Shown here: positions 10,185-20,125 of the stretch, piece by piece
Position numbering within the stretch: the stretch's first letter is position 1
Layout of the letters: every line of letters begins with the position of its first letter
Assembly (NCBI GenBank): GCA_937936355.1
Contig: CALDDM010000002.1
Coordinates: forward strand, 93,173 to 157,172
Source: Minisyncoccota bacterium
GTDB taxonomy: Bacteria > Patescibacteriota > Minisyncoccia > Moranbacterales > GCA-2747515
Reading direction: 5' to 3'
DNA length: 64,000 bases
Notes under the pieces: generated by a model
The model's database searches: none
Seen by the model: only the letters and a program-made list of their open reading frames with translations
Told to the model about the DNA's origin: nothing
Program-made: the position numbers and the translations under genes

Positions 10185-11594
10185 TTATTTACTCACATCT
10201 ACGAGGAATTTGTATAGATTTCTTTTTCCAACGATCATAGGGTATTGCATACCCTCTCTGTCGACGATATTGACTTTTGCTACGATTCTTTTATTGTCAA
10301 TTACAAACGGAATTTTTATAAGTGGTCGGAAGCTTGATCCGCTGGAGGCAAAAACAGCCGAAACATCAACGAGATCTGGTATGTTGTCTCTGACCTCACT
10401 AAAGATTTTTTCTGCAACATTATCAGCGTTGTTACGTGATATTTCGTACTTTGAAAAGTCAATTTTTTGCCACTCGTCTACCAGGTGTTCATACCCGATT
10501 TTCTTAGCTAACTCTATATCAATAGATGTTGTGTATGCTCCTGTGTCTATTTTTGCTTTTACTTCCTCCTCAAGATCATTTTTTCCAATGAGTCGTACCT
10601 TCTCTACTGATCCAATAACTTTTTTACCTGACGTTTCTTCAAGTTCTTGTTCGATCTCACCACCAAAGAGGTTTTTTCCGACACGTACACCATGCTCAAC
10701 AGATTTAATTTTTAAACCTTCAACGCGCTCTAGACGTCTTTTTAGGCCGGCCATGTTGGCAACTTGAATCGATAGTCCTGGTCGTGCATTTATCTCAAGA
10801 AAGACTGGCCCTCTATCTCTATCGATTGCCACATCGGCACCAAGAAATCCTAGTCCAGATGCAATTTGAGATTTGACGGCAAGGTGTAACATTTCGTCCC
10901 AGTGTGGTATTTTGATTCCGCGTAATAATAGTCGCGATCCTGGGATGTATTCAATGAGTGTTGATTTACCTTGTACTGCTGTCGTTGTTGTGCCTGTTGC
11001 AAGATCTATGCCCACACCGATCCCACCCTGCTGTAGATTTGCTTTTCCATCAGACTCTTTTGTTGGCAGGCGAAGCATTGCCATGATGGGCACGCTGTTG
11101 TAGATAATGATTCGTATATCTGGAATTCCTTTATAGGAATATGGCTTGAGTTGACTTGCGAGCTTTAGTCTTTCCTCAAAAAAAGCTACGTCTGGTGACC
11201 CTGATAATGAAAAAGCACCATCTAGAATATTTCTGATATGCGATTTGATATCTTCTACGGTAACAGGTTTTCCACTCGATTTTACCCATACATTTTCAAG
11301 GCCTTTTTTTCTCCCAAAGACAATGAGGATTCCTGCTCCTCCAAGGCCATTGTTTGGCTTGAGAACAAAACTATTTGGGAGTGTGCTCCAATCAAAATTT
11401 TCAAGTGTCGAGAGAGACGAAATTTTTGCGATGAGATGGGGTACTGGCACACCATTGGATTTGAGCATTTTCTTTGAAATGATCTTGTCATCTGCTAAGA
11501 TGCGTGTACTTTTCAGATTGTTTGGTCTTATGTATGTGAGGTTTCTTGCATTCATGCCGAGAACCTTACTTCCTGCTTTAAAAAAATCTAACAT
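10185..11594 (-). CDS. Alpha-L-glutamate-ligase-like ATP-grasp protein (RimK-related) fused to a C-terminal retropepsin-like aspartic peptidase
   Basis: ATP-grasp motifs LGMNARN, DDK, FVLKP..G.GG.GI, PDIRII, GKANLQQGG, LEINARPGL. The C-terminal domain has AKIDTGAYTTSID and DR..M.YPMIVG. Confidence 0.88.
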   Translation of the reverse strand: MLDFFKAGSKVLGMNARNLTYIRPNNLKSTRILADDKIISKKMLKSNGVPVPHLIAKISSLSTLENFDWSTLPNSFVLKPNNGLGGAGILIVFGRKKGLENVWVKSSGKPVTVEDIKSHIRNILDGAFSLSGSPDVAFFEERLKLASQLKPYSYKGIPDIRIIIYNSVPIMAMLRLPTKESDGKANLQQGGIGVGIDLATGTTTTAVQGKSTLIEYIPGSRLLLRGIKIPHWDEMLHLAVKSQIASGLGFLGADVAIDRDRGPVFLEINARPGLSIQVANMAGLKRRLERVEGLKIKSVEHGVRVGKNLFGGEIEQELEETSGKKVIGSVEKVRLIGKNDLEEEVKAKIDTGAYTTSIDIELAKKIGYEHLVDEWQKIDFSKYEISRNNADNVAEKIFSEVRDNIPDLVDVSAVFASSGSSFRPLIKIPFVIDNKRIVAKVNIVDREGMQYPMIVGKRNLYKFLVDVSK

Positions 11595-11678
11595 AGATAA
11601 GTGACAAGTAATTATCGTGATGTGTGCATCTTAGGTGATGTTAGCTTCTTCTCACCTTAATCTGACAGCCTTTTTGTG

Positions 11679-12389
11679 TTACTGAATTTTTTTGAGCACA
11701 TCGCGAAAGCGTATATATTCAGCTGCTCGTAAACCTGTCCACTTTCCAAGGAATATATGGAATGGGATTAGTAATAAGATGCTATAGGGATTCCTTAGTA
11801 TAAAGCTGATAACGCTTTGTCCAATTTCTGTAGATGAGGAGAGTAATGCGAACCCTATTAGTGCGATAATTAATGTTTCAAGTGCAAGTATAATTGCTGC
11901 TCGTGATCCTTTTTCTATTTGTACCGATACAAATTTTTCTACTAATGTAATTATAATAAGAAGGGCGAAGAGCTCTGTATTTGCGAAGCCAATTTTTGAC
12001 ATCATACCACCAAGAGTTAGAAGTCCAAGAACGGAAAGTGTAACAACTGTGATGGTTATGGCAACACGTGGTAGATATAAAAGACGAAGTTTTTTGAGTG
12101 CAAACCGCATAAGCATTCCAACAACTATCACAACAACGTAGGTTGCTATTGCATATCTGAGACTTGCTATGTTGTCACGTGCTATTGCTATAAAGGCGAT
12201 TGTGATGATGGATGGTGTGTAAATGCCAAATGCTTGCATGCCAATTACTTGACGCAGTAACACAACAATCGTTGCAATTATTGGGAAAAGGAGCAGTATT
12301 GTAACAGTTTCTACAGGAACATTTTGAGAGGTAATAAAATCAATTAAGCAACTAATTTTTTCCCCGTCAAGTGTGCAAGTTTTTGACAT
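11679..12389 (-). CDS. 7TM domain protein of the type usually fused to an inactive transglutaminase (here the 7TM part only)
   Basis: About 7 hydrophobic segments, with LLLFPIIATIVVLLRQVIGMQAFGIYTP, LLYLPRVA and the C-terminal GKWTGLRAAEYIRF. Adjacent to the ATP-grasp gene. Confidence 0.82.
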   Translation of the reverse strand: MSKTCTLDGEKISCLIDFITSQNVPVETVTILLLFPIIATIVVLLRQVIGMQAFGIYTPSIITIAFIAIARDNIASLRYAIATYVVVIVVGMLMRFALKKLRLLYLPRVAITITVVTLSVLGLLTLGGMMSKIGFANTELFALLIIITLVEKFVSVQIEKGSRAAIILALETLIIALIGFALLSSSTEIGQSVISFILRNPYSILLLIPFHIFLGKWTGLRAAEYIRFRDVLKKIQ

Positions 12390-12523
12390 GTCTTGTGTAG
12401 TTAATGATTCTTTTCTTGTTTATTATATCACTCTCTATGAGGTGTGGTATTTTCTTGTATATCTAAATAGATCGATATTAAATCATGAAATGTGTATTTG
12501 CACAAGCTTTGCTTGTTGATGCT

Positions 12524-13033
12524 CTATTTTGTTTTTTCTGAGAATTTGTATGAATTTACGTGACACAACGCGACTGCAAGGGCATCTGCTGTATCATCTG
12601 GTTTTGGAACCTCTTTTAAGTTTAGAACTTTTGTGATCATTTGTTGCATTTGTATTTTGTCTGCACGTCCATAGCCTGTGAGTGATTGTTTGATTTGTAG
12701 TGGAGTGTAGCCTGTTATTTTTAGTCCGTTGCTGTGACATTTTTCAACTATTACACCTCGGGCTTGTGCTACGGTAATGATTGTTTTTTGATTTTTGAAA
12801 AAGAACAGCTCTTCGATCGCTGCTACATGAGGTTGGTGTGTCGCAATAATTTCGGCTAGATCTTGGGCTATTTCACTGAGGCGTATTTCGTCAGTGTCGT
12901 TTTTATTGGTTGTGATGTCTCCATAGGCAATTACTTGTACTTTTTTGTCTGATTTGCTCGTGTTTGTGTCCAAAATTGCCCAACCAATAATTGCTGTACC
13001 TGGATCAATTCCTAGAATTCTGTAATTTGCCAT
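12524..13033 (-). CDS. ruvC: Holliday junction resolvase RuvC
   Basis: ILGIDPG, AIEELFF, ARGV, YTPLQIK..TGYGRADK and DDTADALAVA. Confidence 0.98.
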   Translation of the reverse strand: MANYRILGIDPGTAIIGWAILDTNTSKSDKKVQVIAYGDITTNKNDTDEIRLSEIAQDLAEIIATHQPHVAAIEELFFFKNQKTIITVAQARGVIVEKCHSNGLKITGYTPLQIKQSLTGYGRADKIQMQQMITKVLNLKEVPKPDDTADALAVALCHVNSYKFSEKTK

Positions 13034-13282
13034 AGAGTTTGGTTGATTGTTTATGTAGAGCTTTTTGCTTACATTTTTCGTTGTGATGCGTGACGATGCT
13101 TCCTGAGTCTATATGTCCTCTTTCCTTCACTTTTCGCATAGCTTATTGTTATCTCTCCCTTTTGTCTGCATCGCGCGCTTTTTTGATAGTTTTTATGATA
13201 ACTAGCTGACTTTACTTGATGGAATTTTGAGGTTACTTAGCATTATTTAGTATACCGTATTTTAGCGTGGTACAATTTTTAC

Positions 13283-14791
13283 ATGAAAAATATTATTAAA
13301 TTTAAGATAAAAAGAATCCTTATTCTTGTATGTGTTGTTTTTTTCTGTGTTGCAGCGTGGCATGTGTGGAAGCCTTTGCCGCAAGGTGTTTCAGTTGTCG
13401 GTGGTATTCATACACTAGAGAGTTCGCAGGTTCGTTTCTTGCGTGACCATACCTATGTTGATAGCTCTGGTGTTTCTGTGAAAAAGCAGGAAATTTTTGA
13501 TGAAGTTTTTTCGATTATAGACGATGCTCAGGATTTCATAGTAATTGATATGTTTTTATTTAACGATTTTCTTGGTCGATCAACATTTTCATATCGCGCA
13601 CTTTCAGGAGAGCTAGCACAGCGACTTATAGACAAGAAGATTGTCTCACCAGACATTACAATTATTTTTATCACCGACCCAATTAATCATGTTTATGGAG
13701 GAGATTCATCCACGCTAATCACTTCTTTGCGTACATTTGGTATAAATGTTGTAGAAACCGATTTGCGTCAATTACGGGATTCAAATCCTTTATATAGCGG
13801 TCTGTGGCGTAGTGTTTTTGCATGGTGGGGAAATAGTACCTCTGGTGGTTTTTTGCCTCACATTATGGATGCTCGTAGACCAAAAATTACCCTTCGTACA
13901 TATCTGCGACTTCTTAATTTTAAGGCGAATCATCGCAAAATTATGGTTGCAGGATCTGCAAGTAATACTGCAACAACACTTATTACGTCTGCTAATCCTC
14001 ATGATGGATCGAGTGCTCACAGTAATGTTGGACTTGTAGTTCTTGAAAAACGATCTTCATCTGGTTTATGGCAAGATGTCATTTTTTCTGAGCAAGCTGT
14101 TGCTGCTTTTAGTGACAGCGACGCTTTTGAGGCTTTGGATGTTTTCATGGAGCCTACTCAAGAGAATGTAGGGGATGACTCTTTAGGTGATGATCGCGTT
14201 ACACTACAACTTCTTACTGAGAAAAAAATTAAGCAAGTGCTACTTGAAGATATAAACCGATCTGGTGGGGGAGATGCTATCGATATGCTTATGTTTTACA
14301 TTTCAGACCGAGATGTAGTACGTGCTTTGGTGAGAGCTGCAAATCGTGGTGCAACTATTCGTCTTGTCTTTGATCCGAATAAAGATGCTTTTGGTCGTGA
14401 GAAAAATGGTATACCAAATCGACAAGTTGCACATGATCTTATAGAAAAAACAGATAATATTTCAGTTCGATGGTGTCTCACTAATGGGGAGCAGTGCCAT
14501 AGCAAAATTACACTTTTTACATACAATTCTGGAGAGCGCTTGTTACATGTAGGGAGTGCAAATCTCACACGTCGTAACATTGGCAATTATAATCTAGAGG
14601 CGAATATTGTCGTGCGTTCCCAAAGTGGTTCTAGCACAGCCATTACAGATGCTACAAACTTTTTTGAATCTGTCTGGACAAATAAGGATGGTAAATTTTC
14701 CTCTGTGGACTACGATGTGTATGCAGATGATAATCGTTTTCGCGTTATTCTCTACTCCATTATGGAAGCTACAGGTATGAGTAGCTTTTGA
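13283..14791 (+). CDS. Phospholipase D superfamily protein with N-terminal membrane anchor
   Basis: Two HxK motifs (NHRKIMVAG...SANPHD and CHSKITLFT...GSANLT) and an N-terminal hydrophobic helix. Confidence 0.88.
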   Translation: MKNIIKFKIKRILILVCVVFFCVAAWHVWKPLPQGVSVVGGIHTLESSQVRFLRDHTYVDSSGVSVKKQEIFDEVFSIIDDAQDFIVIDMFLFNDFLGRSTFSYRALSGELAQRLIDKKIVSPDITIIFITDPINHVYGGDSSTLITSLRTFGINVVETDLRQLRDSNPLYSGLWRSVFAWWGNSTSGGFLPHIMDARRPKITLRTYLRLLNFKANHRKIMVAGSASNTATTLITSANPHDGSSAHSNVGLVVLEKRSSSGLWQDVIFSEQAVAAFSDSDAFEALDVFMEPTQENVGDDSLGDDRVTLQLLTEKKIKQVLLEDINRSGGGDAIDMLMFYISDRDVVRALVRAANRGATIRLVFDPNKDAFGREKNGIPNRQVAHDLIEKTDNISVRWCLTNGEQCHSKITLFTYNSGERLLHVGSANLTRRNIGNYNLEANIVVRSQSGSSTAITDATNFFESVWTNKDGKFSSVDYDVYADDNRFRVILYSIMEATGMSSF

Positions 14792-14833
14792 TTCGCTGAT
14801 TATGCATCTTGATGCATATCTCTCTGATTTTGC

Positions 14834-17497
14834 CTATTTGTTTTTTAATATGAAGCTCTTGAGTGTGTTGTTTCCTGCGATGTAGGCTGTTTGGTTTGAT
14901 TCGTCAACTGTGAAATGCTTTGCTTGTGCTAGTGATCTGTGGGTAAAGGTTTTCTGTATAGAAAATGTTTCTTTTTCTATTTGTGTGAGTGTTGCGTTTT
15001 TTTTATCGATGACCCAGAGGTAGTCTGCATTGTTGCTTGTGTAAAGAAGGTTTGCTGTAATTTTTGTATTACCTGAAATGGAAAGATCACCTTTTTTCCC
15101 AGACTCGAACACAAAGATTTTTCCATTTGTCGCTGTGTATATCCGTCCATCAATTGCAATATCCTCAGTCTCTGTAAGGTCAGTGTTGTCTGTAATCCAC
15201 TTTTTTGCGTCATCAAATCCGCCGACTGTTCTTGTGTAGCGTGTGAGCGCATCATTTGTATCAAGTATGTAGAGTCTGCGTTGATAAGTGTGAATGCTCT
15301 TTATTTTTGTATTGTCTAGCTCACTGCTATTTGTTTCTATATTTTGCTTTGTGAAGACACGATCTGTTGGGTTAAATGCGTAGATGAGGTTTTGATCTGT
15401 GATGAAGATAATTAGCTTGATGTCTGGCATGATTGTAGCGTGCGTTATCTCCCCAATGTTTTGTGGTAAGCTGATTTCTTTGGATGCACTTCCCGTGATT
15501 TGCATGATCGATTTTGCAGAGGGAAGATAGAAAGATCCTTGGTATGGGAGGATATTTTTGGCACTAATGTTTTGACTGAGAATTTTTGGGTCCTGCGTTG
15601 TGTTTACTATATTTTGCGTGGTTACTGTGTTGTTTCCTTGTGTCTCTCCAACAGTTGCTGTCTCGCGGAGCTCATCTTCCAACTTCTTTTGTTGCAGCTC
15701 TTTCTGTGCTTCTTGCTCTTTAGCTACTTCCTTTTGTTTTGCTTTGTAGTTCATGATGAGAACTGTGCATACACACAATAAAATCACAAAGCCGATAAGT
15801 TTCGTGCCTGCTGTGATTTCTGACCATCGATATTGAAATTGCGAATGAAGTGGATCGCTTTTAGATTGTGCTTTATTCCAAAGATTGCGGGTGCTCTCTA
15901 GTGTTCTCAATAGTCGCGATGAGCCTAATTCTTCTTGCTCCCACATCTCCTCCTGATCGCTGTTATCTTTTGCATTGTATAGTGATCCTAGGAGATCAGT
16001 CCTATCATCTGTTGTAAGCTCTGTAAGCTTTGTAAGATTTTTTGTTGTTTTTTGAGTGGCCTCTTCTTTTTCTGGAACTTTATTTTTTTTAACTTTATTC
16101 TCCTGGATTCTGCGAAGGATCAGTGGTTTTTGGTGTCCTGTCACTGTTGGCTCATTACTGATTGTGGTGGCTGAGTTTTGTTCTTCCCATTGTGTTACTT
16201 CTTTGATTTTTTGCGTTGTTGAAGATTTCAGTTCTTGTGATTTCCTCTTAGTTTTTAGCCAGAGATCTTTTACGTTGGAAGGGGTGGGCGCTATGTTCGC
16301 GTGAGTGTCTTCCCCTTGTGTATTCATTAATTGGGTAAAGACACCTTCTCTCTTTTGCTTGGCTGATGTGAGAGTGTTTACTGCACGATCTTTAATTTTG
16401 CTTGTGACTTCACTTTCTTGTAGTTTTTTGCGTGTCTTGGTTGCCTCATATTTGATGCGCCTTGTATTTGCGGTGAAGAACTCTTTCGTGCTATATGTTG
16501 CATCGCGTGTGAAATCACCTATCCTTATGATGAGAGGGTGGCTATTGTTCTCATAATCAGAAGTTCCACTGATGTATATGTGTCCCGTTCTTTTGTCTGT
16601 GTAGTCTGATTTTAATTTTTTTTTGTCGCTTTGTGTTGAAGTGTTTGGTGTTGGGTAATTAGCTTCTTGCTTATCGCACTCTTTTTTTGTATAGGATTTT
16701 GCGCTAAAAGCATTTTTTGGTAATGGGATTTTATCTGATGTATTTTCTTGTCTTTGACCTTCTGAGATATCGCCTTTTTGCTTGCTTTCTGTATTACCGG
16801 GCTTTTCGATAACTTCAAGTAGTTGTGTAGAAGCTAAGACGCTTTCGTTTACTAAGGCAGTTGTGAGGAATTGTGCAAATTCTTCTGCTTTAAACCGTTC
16901 TGCATTACGTGTTAATTCATCGAGAGGGATGAGATCTAATAGCTCACGTGATGTTACGATGATTTTGTCGCCAGCTACAATCTCTCCGTGTGCAGTGTCG
17001 ACAAATGTTTTGAGTGGATTGATTTCATCTTCACTTGGGGATAGGCCATCGCTAAGATGTAGGAGGTTACCATCGCGCAGAAGGAAGATGTGTCCTTGAC
17101 CGGTTGTTGTGAAATAAATGTTCTGTTCGTTGTAGCAACAAAGAGCACTGTCTAATTGGCCAATCCAGCTAATGATATCGTTTTTCGCTAGTTCCGCGAG
17201 AGCTCTGTTAGTGTGGTGGAGAGCCTCGATAAAACTTTCATTGATCGATCTTTTTGGAGATGCAAAATATTCTTTTTTGAATTCAGCGGTCAGGAAATGT
17301 ACGATGTGCGTGTTGGCGCTTGTCATATCTCCTATCGCAAAAAAACCACAAACACTACCTAGGTGTTTTTGTGTGAAGTTTTTTCCCGCAAAGTTGACTT
17401 GCTCGATGAAAGTTCTGTGTCGCGGTGTTGCTGCAACAAAGACATCCCATTTATGGATTGTGAGACCTTTTTTAATTTGTGTTGTGCGAGTAGGCAT
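14834..17497 (-). CDS. Single-pass membrane protein: degenerate PP2C-like N-terminal domain, long disordered linker, TM helix, coiled coil, C-terminal beta-propeller-like domain
   Basis: PP2C-like pattern IYFTTTGQGHIFLLRDGNLLHLS...GEIVAGDKIIVTS. TM segment LIGFVILLCVCTVLIM. Propeller-like strands RLYILD, DIAIDGRIY, YLWVID, FTVDE...AYI. Confidence 0.6.
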   Translation of the reverse strand: MPTRTTQIKKGLTIHKWDVFVAATPRHRTFIEQVNFAGKNFTQKHLGSVCGFFAIGDMTSANTHIVHFLTAEFKKEYFASPKRSINESFIEALHHTNRALAELAKNDIISWIGQLDSALCCYNEQNIYFTTTGQGHIFLLRDGNLLHLSDGLSPSEDEINPLKTFVDTAHGEIVAGDKIIVTSRELLDLIPLDELTRNAERFKAEEFAQFLTTALVNESVLASTQLLEVIEKPGNTESKQKGDISEGQRQENTSDKIPLPKNAFSAKSYTKKECDKQEANYPTPNTSTQSDKKKLKSDYTDKRTGHIYISGTSDYENNSHPLIIRIGDFTRDATYSTKEFFTANTRRIKYEATKTRKKLQESEVTSKIKDRAVNTLTSAKQKREGVFTQLMNTQGEDTHANIAPTPSNVKDLWLKTKRKSQELKSSTTQKIKEVTQWEEQNSATTISNEPTVTGHQKPLILRRIQENKVKKNKVPEKEEATQKTTKNLTKLTELTTDDRTDLLGSLYNAKDNSDQEEMWEQEELGSSRLLRTLESTRNLWNKAQSKSDPLHSQFQYRWSEITAGTKLIGFVILLCVCTVLIMNYKAKQKEVAKEQEAQKELQQKKLEDELRETATVGETQGNNTVTTQNIVNTTQDPKILSQNISAKNILPYQGSFYLPSAKSIMQITGSASKEISLPQNIGEITHATIMPDIKLIIFITDQNLIYAFNPTDRVFTKQNIETNSSELDNTKIKSIHTYQRRLYILDTNDALTRYTRTVGGFDDAKKWITDNTDLTETEDIAIDGRIYTATNGKIFVFESGKKGDLSISGNTKITANLLYTSNNADYLWVIDKKNATLTQIEKETFSIQKTFTHRSLAQAKHFTVDESNQTAYIAGNNTLKSFILKNK

Positions 17498-17764
17498 GGC
17501 ACCGAAATATAACTAAGTTTTTTGACTTTATGTATTTTTTATAGTATTGTTTGTCTTCTTAAATAGGGAAGTCCTTACAATAGGTTTTATTATACATCAT
17601 AGAGGCCACAATGTTTGAATTTTTATTGTAGGCGTAGTACACTTGTTCTATTGGTGGAAATTCAAGGCTTTTACACTTTGTATCCATACTTTTATGTGAC
17701 ATGACCGCCTGTCAGTAATTGTTGTCGGGGTTTCTCGTTGAAGTGTAGGCTCTAAAACAGATAT

Positions 17765-18367
17765 ATGCCAGAAATTCTTGAAGTATTGATGGGATCTCGA
17801 TCACGTGCGCGAATTATGCGGTTTTTTGTTTTGAATCCTGGCAAGGAGTTTCTTTTCGCTGAGATCAGAGAAAAAACACAAACATCACTTGGTGATGCTC
17901 GTCGGGAGATCGCTGCTTTTGAAAAGATTGGTTTAGTAAGCGTTGGAACGCGTGATCGTAAAAAGATCTACTCAATTAATGAGGGTTTTGTGTATTTTAA
18001 TGAGCTTCGTAATCTTTATGTGAAGTCGAATGTCTATCCTCAGTGTACTGAAGTAAGGAATATTAAGCGTATTGGTAGTGTGAAGCTTGTCATGATTAGT
18101 GGTGTTTTTATGAACTATTCTCGTTCCGAAATTGACCTTTTGATTGTTGCTGATGATACGAGTCGTACAAAAATAGATAGTTCAATCGCAGCTATTGAGG
18201 CAGAGCTTGGCAAAGAGGTTCGCTACATGCTCCTTCGTTCTGAGGATTTTCAATATCGTCTTGATATGATGGATCGTTTTCTGATAGAATTTTTTTCTGG
18301 TCCGCATGATGCCATTATTAATAAAGTTCCTCGCCTTAGTCGTTTTATCTCTGAGATGAAGCGCTAG
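17765..18367 (+). CDS. Winged-HTH protein with C-terminal degenerate nucleotidyltransferase-like domain (putative regulator)
   Basis: N-terminal GSRSRARIMRFF...REIAAFEKIGLV (wHTH). C-terminal SGVF...EIDLLIVAD...EAELGKEVRY resembles the minimal NTase fold. Confidence 0.65.
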   Translation: MPEILEVLMGSRSRARIMRFFVLNPGKEFLFAEIREKTQTSLGDARREIAAFEKIGLVSVGTRDRKKIYSINEGFVYFNELRNLYVKSNVYPQCTEVRNIKRIGSVKLVMISGVFMNYSRSEIDLLIVADDTSRTKIDSSIAAIEAELGKEVRYMLLRSEDFQYRLDMMDRFLIEFFSGPHDAIINKVPRLSRFISEMKR

Positions 18368-18395
18368 TCGTTTTTTCTGTGATTATTCTTGTCTT

Positions 18396-19535
18396 ATGTC
18401 TCAGCCCTACGATCCTTTCTTCATCCTTTTGATGGTTAGTGTTTTTTTGGCCTTGGTAAATATGTGGTTTGTATTTTCTCGCGGTGCGCGTGCACGGCGA
18501 GAAAGGGAGGAAAATAAGCGTGACATTGCACTTCAAGCAGACCGTTTGAGTGCAATAATGGAGCGACTAGAACGTGTTGATCAGGGTCAAGACCGTATCA
18601 ATCAAAACGTAGACTCTAAGTTGGAGAATATTCATCGTGCAGGTCAAAATCAGTTTCGTGAAGCGCGTGAGATCATAGGTGAGATAACACTGAAGTCTGA
18701 TCGACTTATTGAAAATGTTTCTAAACGCCTTGGTGATCTAGATAAAACTAATCAGAAAATAGTTGATTTTTCTGCGCAAATAAAGGATCTTGGCGATGTG
18801 CTTAAGAATCCAAAGCAGCGTGGTGTGATGGGTGAGTATATCTTGGAGCATGTTCTTGCGAACGCTCTTCCTCCGACTAGCTATAAAATGCAACATGGCT
18901 TTTCTGGTGGAGAGGTTGTCGATGCGGCGGTTTATGTAAAAGAAAAGATTGTTCCTATTGATGCAAAGTTTTCGCTTGAGAATTATGAGCGGTTTCTTGC
19001 AAGCGAAACAAATGCTGATCGCGATCTTTATCAAAAGGCTTTTCGTCAGGACCTTAAAAAGCGCATAGATGAAACATCAAAATACATCCGACCTGATGAA
19101 GGTACAACAGATTTTGCATTCATGTTCATCCCTTCTGAGGCTATTTACTATGACCTCCTTGTTAACACGGTTGGATCTGCAGATGCTGGTAGTGTTAATA
19201 TGATTGAGTATGCTTTTCGAGATAAGCATGTTGTCATTGTTTCACCGACGTCATTTTTGGCTTATTTGCAGACCGTCTTGCAGGGGCTTCGCGCGCTTGA
19301 AATCGAAGATAATGCAAAGCAAATTAAAAAAAGAATAGCAGAACTTTCTCGTCATTGGAGTGCTTTTGATCTCTATATGCAGAAATTGCAAAAGTCTATG
19401 GGCGTTTCTGTTAATCATTTTAATAGCGCATATAAGGAGCTTGGAAAAGTAGATCGTGATGTTATGCGTATTACTGATCGGAGTGATCGTACTATTGTTC
19501 CTGGCTCAATAGATCGACCGCAAGATTTGGATTAG
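18396..19535 (+). CDS. rmuC: DNA recombination protein RmuC
   Basis: N-terminal TM and coiled coil; KQRGVMGE, PIDAKF, TTDFAFMFIPSE, VSPTS. Confidence 0.95.
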   Translation: MSQPYDPFFILLMVSVFLALVNMWFVFSRGARARREREENKRDIALQADRLSAIMERLERVDQGQDRINQNVDSKLENIHRAGQNQFREAREIIGEITLKSDRLIENVSKRLGDLDKTNQKIVDFSAQIKDLGDVLKNPKQRGVMGEYILEHVLANALPPTSYKMQHGFSGGEVVDAAVYVKEKIVPIDAKFSLENYERFLASETNADRDLYQKAFRQDLKKRIDETSKYIRPDEGTTDFAFMFIPSEAIYYDLLVNTVGSADAGSVNMIEYAFRDKHVVIVSPTSFLAYLQTVLQGLRALEIEDNAKQIKKRIAELSRHWSAFDLYMQKLQKSMGVSVNHFNSAYKELGKVDRDVMRITDRSDRTIVPGSIDRPQDLD

Positions 19536-19604
19536 AATGGAGTTTCGAGTATTGGTTATGATGTGTTACCATGGGCGTCATAGCATAGATTTATTTAGGT
19601 CTTT

Positions 19605-20012
19605 ATGGAGGGAGTAATCATGGATCATTATCGCAGACGCTTGAAGCGTTTTGGTATGCCGCAGCGAGAAAATACTGCGTTTTTTGATAATGCTATTGTA
19701 CAAATCGTCTCTATAGCTGTAGGGGTTCTTATGATTGTTGCTTTGGGTGTTTTGATGTTACGTTTTTCTCCAGACCTATCTTCAGTGCGATTGCAGTACA
19801 GTATATATTTTGGTACGGCTTTGCGTGCACAATGGTGGAGTCCGTATGTCTTGCTCGCGATGGGTTTGATTTTTTATCTTGCAAATCTTGGGGTTGCAAG
19901 TGTGTTGTATAATGCAAAACAAAGAATTGCTGCGTATAGTTTGCTCCTGGGTGGTTTTTTTATACAAATTTCTCTCCTTGTTAGTGTGATCAGCATTTCG
20001 CTAAATAACTGA
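19605..20012 (+). CDS. Hypothetical 3-TM membrane protein
   Basis: Three hydrophobic segments with an LQYSIYFG loop. The start may be the ATG at 19620, which has GGAG upstream. Confidence 0.7.
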   Translation: MEGVIMDHYRRRLKRFGMPQRENTAFFDNAIVQIVSIAVGVLMIVALGVLMLRFSPDLSSVRLQYSIYFGTALRAQWWSPYVLLAMGLIFYLANLGVASVLYNAKQRIAAYSLLLGGFFIQISLLVSVISISLNN

Positions 20013-20125
20013 TTCTTCTCCTTAGTTTGGCGCCACCGCTTCGCTTTCTCTTTCAAAATATTTATACAAGTAGAAGGTAGCTCCTCGTGCTAAGAATTGT
20101 AAAGTTTTGATTTAAAAGAAATTTC

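Noticed and set aside
13005..13139. Small basic peptide upstream of ruvC resembling a tiny ribosomal protein
   Set aside because: On careful frame reading, the ATG at 13139 is not in frame with the Arg/Lys-rich stretch. It gives an unremarkable 44-aa ORF running into ruvC.
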